In this document: positions 60,870 to 64,000 of the stretch, in pieces | Layout: each line of letters begins with the position of its first letter | How positions within the stretch are numbered: the stretch's first letter is position 1 | DNA from: an uncultured Verrucomicrobiae bacterium | GTDB lineage: Bacteria; Verrucomicrobiota; Verrucomicrobiia; Limisphaerales; Palsa-1400 | Reading direction: 5' to 3' | DNA: 64,000 bases | Assembly: GCA_963707025.1 (NCBI GenBank) | Contig: CAVPOM010000006.1 | Coordinates: forward strand, 128,001 to 192,000 | The notes under the pieces: model-generated | Databases searched by the model: none | Seen by the model: the letters and a program-made list of their open reading frames with translations, nothing else | What the model was told of the DNA's origin: nothing | Position numbers and translations under genes: made by a program

Positions 60870-61724
60870 GTGCGGCGCCAGTGCGAGCTGCTGGCGGTGT
60901 GCCGTGGCAGTTATTATTACCAGTGCTGTCCGGAGACAGAGGAGAACCTGGCGCTGATGCGGCGGTTGGACCAGATGCATTTGGACCACCCGGTTTATGG
61001 CAGCCGCAAACTGACCGTGCTGTTGCGCCGGGAGGGTTTGACCATCAATCGCAAACGGGTGGTGCGGCTGCTGCGGTTGATGGGGATCGAGGCGATTTAC
61101 GCCAAGCCCAAGACGAGTCTGCGGGAGATGGGGCACCAGATTTATCCGTATCTGTTACGCAATTTGGCAGTGACGGGACCGGATCAGGTTTGGTGTTCGG
61201 ACATTACGTATGTGCCTATGGCAACTGGGTTTATGTATTTGGTGGCGGTGATGGATTGGTGGAGTCGTTACGTGCTGGGATGGCGCTTGAGCAACACGTT
61301 GGAGGCGGACTTTTGTGTGGACGCTTGGGAGGCGGCGTTGCGGGCGGGGCGTCAGGCGCCGTTGATTTCCAATACCGACCAGGGATCGCAGTTCACCTCC
61401 CCGATGTTTATCGATGCGGTGGAATCGGCGGGGGTGGACGTGAGCATGGACGGACGGGGTCGCTGGATGGACAACCGGTTTATCGAGCGGCTGTGGCGGA
61501 GCGCCAAGTATGAGGACATTTATTTGCAAGACTATGGCGACGGGTTGGCGGCAGGGCGCGGACTGGGCCGGTGGTTTGACGGCTACAACCGGGAACGACC
61601 GCACCAGGCGTTGGGCTATGCGACGCCGGCGGACGCGTATTTTGATCCCGGCACGCATGGAGCCCAACCGGCCAAATGGGAAGCGATGCAACCTGCCAGA
61701 GGCAGGAGCGATCGCAGCACTTGA
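60870..61724 (+). CDS. IS3 transposase OrfB (rve DDE)
   Basis: YGSRK, WCSDITY, NTDQGSQFTS, DNRFIERLWRSAKYE, YNRERPHQALG. Confidence 0.93.
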   Translation: MRRQCELLAVCRGSYYYQCCPETEENLALMRRLDQMHLDHPVYGSRKLTVLLRREGLTINRKRVVRLLRLMGIEAIYAKPKTSLREMGHQIYPYLLRNLAVTGPDQVWCSDITYVPMATGFMYLVAVMDWWSRYVLGWRLSNTLEADFCVDAWEAALRAGRQAPLISNTDQGSQFTSPMFIDAVESAGVDVSMDGRGRWMDNRFIERLWRSAKYEDIYLQDYGDGLAAGRGLGRWFDGYNRERPHQALGYATPADAYFDPGTHGAQPAKWEAMQPARGRSDRST

Positions 61725-62611
61725 CAGAGAGGCAGGCGGCAGGAAAAGGCTTGAAATCAGACCGCCTGCGGCGGTAGAGTTGAGAACCCTAAGAAAACGG
61801 AGAGGGAGGACGGGCAGTGCTCCGCATCGCTCGTTCTCTCTTTTCGAAAGGGTTTTGAAACACGGAATGAACAGTAGTCAACTACAATTAGTAATGACAG
61901 CAATCGGCAAAAGTCGCGCTTATTTCATGCGCTCCGTGGTCTAAAGGATGGGGTCCACCTCAGACCTCAGACATGATACAGCATTCCAAAATATCTTTCG
62001 CGTAATCGGGAGCAAAACTGTCTCCTCTAAAAGACATCACATCGAGATTTGTCAGCTCGTAAAAGCTCTTCGCAGAAATGTCGCCTTTACGCATTGAATT
62101 ATACAGTGAGGGTTGCTTTACCTTCAAAACTGAAAGCAGTGCAATTAGGACTTCTGTGTTGTTTTCATTCTCCCCGCCTCCCACTACCGAGGCGTAAAAG
62201 ACAGTCAAAATTCCGAAAACACGTTCGATCTCTCTGAGCGTCAGATTGAAATGGCGAGCAAAATTGACCAAACAAGTGGTCAGGTAGCGACAATTTGGTG
62301 TTCGACTGCTTAATCCATAGTAATTAGCGAGTAGCTGACAATAGTGGTCATTTCCTTTCACGTAAACAAAGCTCCGCTCGATCTGTTCGTTTGGAAGATC
62401 GACAAAAATACTTCCAAATTTGAGCAAGTACGCTTCAGCGTCGAAGGTCCCGTAAACTGTTTTGATGTAGCTTTCGATTTGATCTCGATTGACAAGCAAA
62501 ACGAATACGAGATTGTCAACGTCAAAGAGATGCTTTATGCGTTCGAGCAACTCCAAGGCAAAGCTCGGACGGCAGCGATCGAGTTCGTCCACTATTATTG
62601 TCAAAGGAAAG

Positions 62612-63862
62612 CACACCCGTCTCATAAGGGGAAAAGTCTGGTGCTGACCTGTTCATTTGCAAGGGTTTAATTGGTCTTCGGGGTAAAATGAGATTTTGAT
62701 TTTTCCGAGTTTGGCTTTTGGGTTTGGTATGCGCCTGTTTGGGCGCGTGTGCTGTCCCATAGCTTTATTGGAAGCCGGGGAAATACGCCTGCTCGGGCCG
62801 CGCCAAGTGGCGAAAGCTGCCGCCTGCTGTCCCATAGCACGCCAGCAAATTGAGCAGATCATATTTCTCCCAGAGCGCCGCCCGCAAAATCGTGAACAGC
62901 CGGGTGAAGCTGTGCGCCCAGTTGGAGAGGTGACTGAGGTAGCGCAACAGCACGTAGGTCAACAGCGCCGTCCACACCTGCCAGCGCACGGCGTTGGCGT
63001 TGTGGCCCAGAAAATCCGCCAACTGCAAGGTCTGCTTGATTTGTTTGAAGAAGACTTCGATCTGCCAGCGGCAGCGGTAAAGGTCGGCCACGCTGCGCGG
63101 ACTCCACTCCAGGTTGTTGGTCAGGAAGGTCATTTCCCGTTCCTCTCCATCAATCTCGACCAGCGCCACCACCCGGCGCATCAACTCCGGCGCGGGTTTG
63201 TTCTCGTTGCTCAGGACGATCACTTCGTCGCGCAAAATCTTTCGGGTCTCTGGAGGCGGGCATTTTCCGCACCACCTCATAGCCCATGTTCTCCTTGGCC
63301 CGCGTCACCCAAAAGACCCCGCGCCCGTCCAAATCCCGCAAGTGGCCGAAGTCCACATAACCCTTGTCGAACAAGGCGATTTCGCCGCTCTTCAAGTCGG
63401 CGCACAGTTCCCGCGCCCGTCGGTTGTCGTGCTCGGCGGCAGTGTCCACAATGACAAAACCGGGCAAAAGATTCTGCAGATTCAACCGCATATGGGTTTT
63501 GGCGGCGGCCTTGCGCCGGCGGTGCTTGGCCCAGTCCAGGCAGTTGGCCACCAGTTCCATGGTCGTGCTATCAATCACATGGATGGGCATCTTGAAACGG
63601 AAGGCGGGGCCACGGCGCTGGCCCGCGGCAAAGCCGGGCGTCTGTGCTTTCAAATGCTCCAGGACCCGCCAGAAGAGTTGTTCGGCCATCTGGGCCGGAC
63701 GCTCCCGGTTGGCGTGGGAGAGGCCGTTGCGGCTGGGGGCGCTGGCGCCGCGCAAAGTGGACAGCGGCCCGGAATGCAATTGCAGCGAGTCGCACAGATC
63801 GTTGAGTCCGATGCAATGGGTGAGTTGCGCGTCCAGCAAACTGACCGTGTGACTCCACGGAC
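62612..63862 (-). mobile_element. Second IS4-family copy, interrupted by IS3; extra T near 63240
   Basis: Essentially identical to 58320-59570. Confidence 0.93.
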
Positions 63863-64000
63863 TGAGCTGGACCCCTATTTTTAGACCACAGGTAAGTTTC
63901 GATTTTTGCCGGTTTGCTGTAGATAAGAAAGAGCAGACTTATGAAAGCAAAACGGAAAAGACACAGTGCGGCCTTCAAGGCCAAAGTGGGATTCGAAGCC
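63863..64000 (+). mobile_element. Second IS3-family copy (left end only), nested in the IS4 copy
   Basis: Identical to 60469-60606. Confidence 0.95.

Larger units (their letters stand above)
60469..61962 (+). mobile_element. IS3-family insertion sequence, complete copy (1494 bp)
   Basis: TG...CA ends with 27-bp IRs TGAGCTGGACCCCTATTTTTAGACCAC / TGAGGTGGACCCCATCCTTTAGACCAC; orfA + orfB. Confidence 0.95.
60319..62611 (-). pseudogene. KAP-family P-loop NTPase, split by IS3 and cut by IS4; low GC
   Basis: IIVDELDRCRPSFALELLERIKHLFDV, YLLKF, LTLREIER (61963-62611); C-terminus AEFELATP...VVPNLCRQLDRFALPVT* continues in frame at 60468-60319. Confidence 0.85.

Overview
GC-rich bacterial chromosomal window. 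The gene set and secreted-protein style suggest Verrucomicrobiota, Pedosphaerales/Limisphaerales-like (inference). Single-base frameshifts in conserved genes, mostly in short homopolymers, suggest a long-read assembly. The backbone is housekeeping: rsmH, glnB, aroE, pilD, mtnA, rpsU, fba, pilC, purF, katG, dnaE, ribE/ribD, an FKBP, rhaA, rfbF and two sigma54 activators. Three things stand out. (1) A putatively sigma54-driven PilN/O/P-secretin operon leads directly into two giant paralogous secreted proteins built as NHL propeller + cohesin-like + dockerin-like + cohesin-like + a C-terminal 'FYR' domain; a third secreted protein 30 kb away shares that domain. This is a candidate dedicated export and self-assembling surface scaffold system. 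(2) Six toxin-antitoxin pairs plus an orphan antitoxin occur in about 41 kb. Four pairs sit between an intact host gene end and an orphan, diverged copy of the same gene end, pointing to an integrase-free 'gene-end replacement' mode of TA insertion. (3) The right end is a mobile hotspot with MITEs, REP-like hairpins, iteron-like repeats, and nested IS4/IS3 elements that break a vapB antitoxin and a KAP-family NTPase. No tRNA, rRNA or CRISPR array was recognised. All counts and alignments were done by eye.
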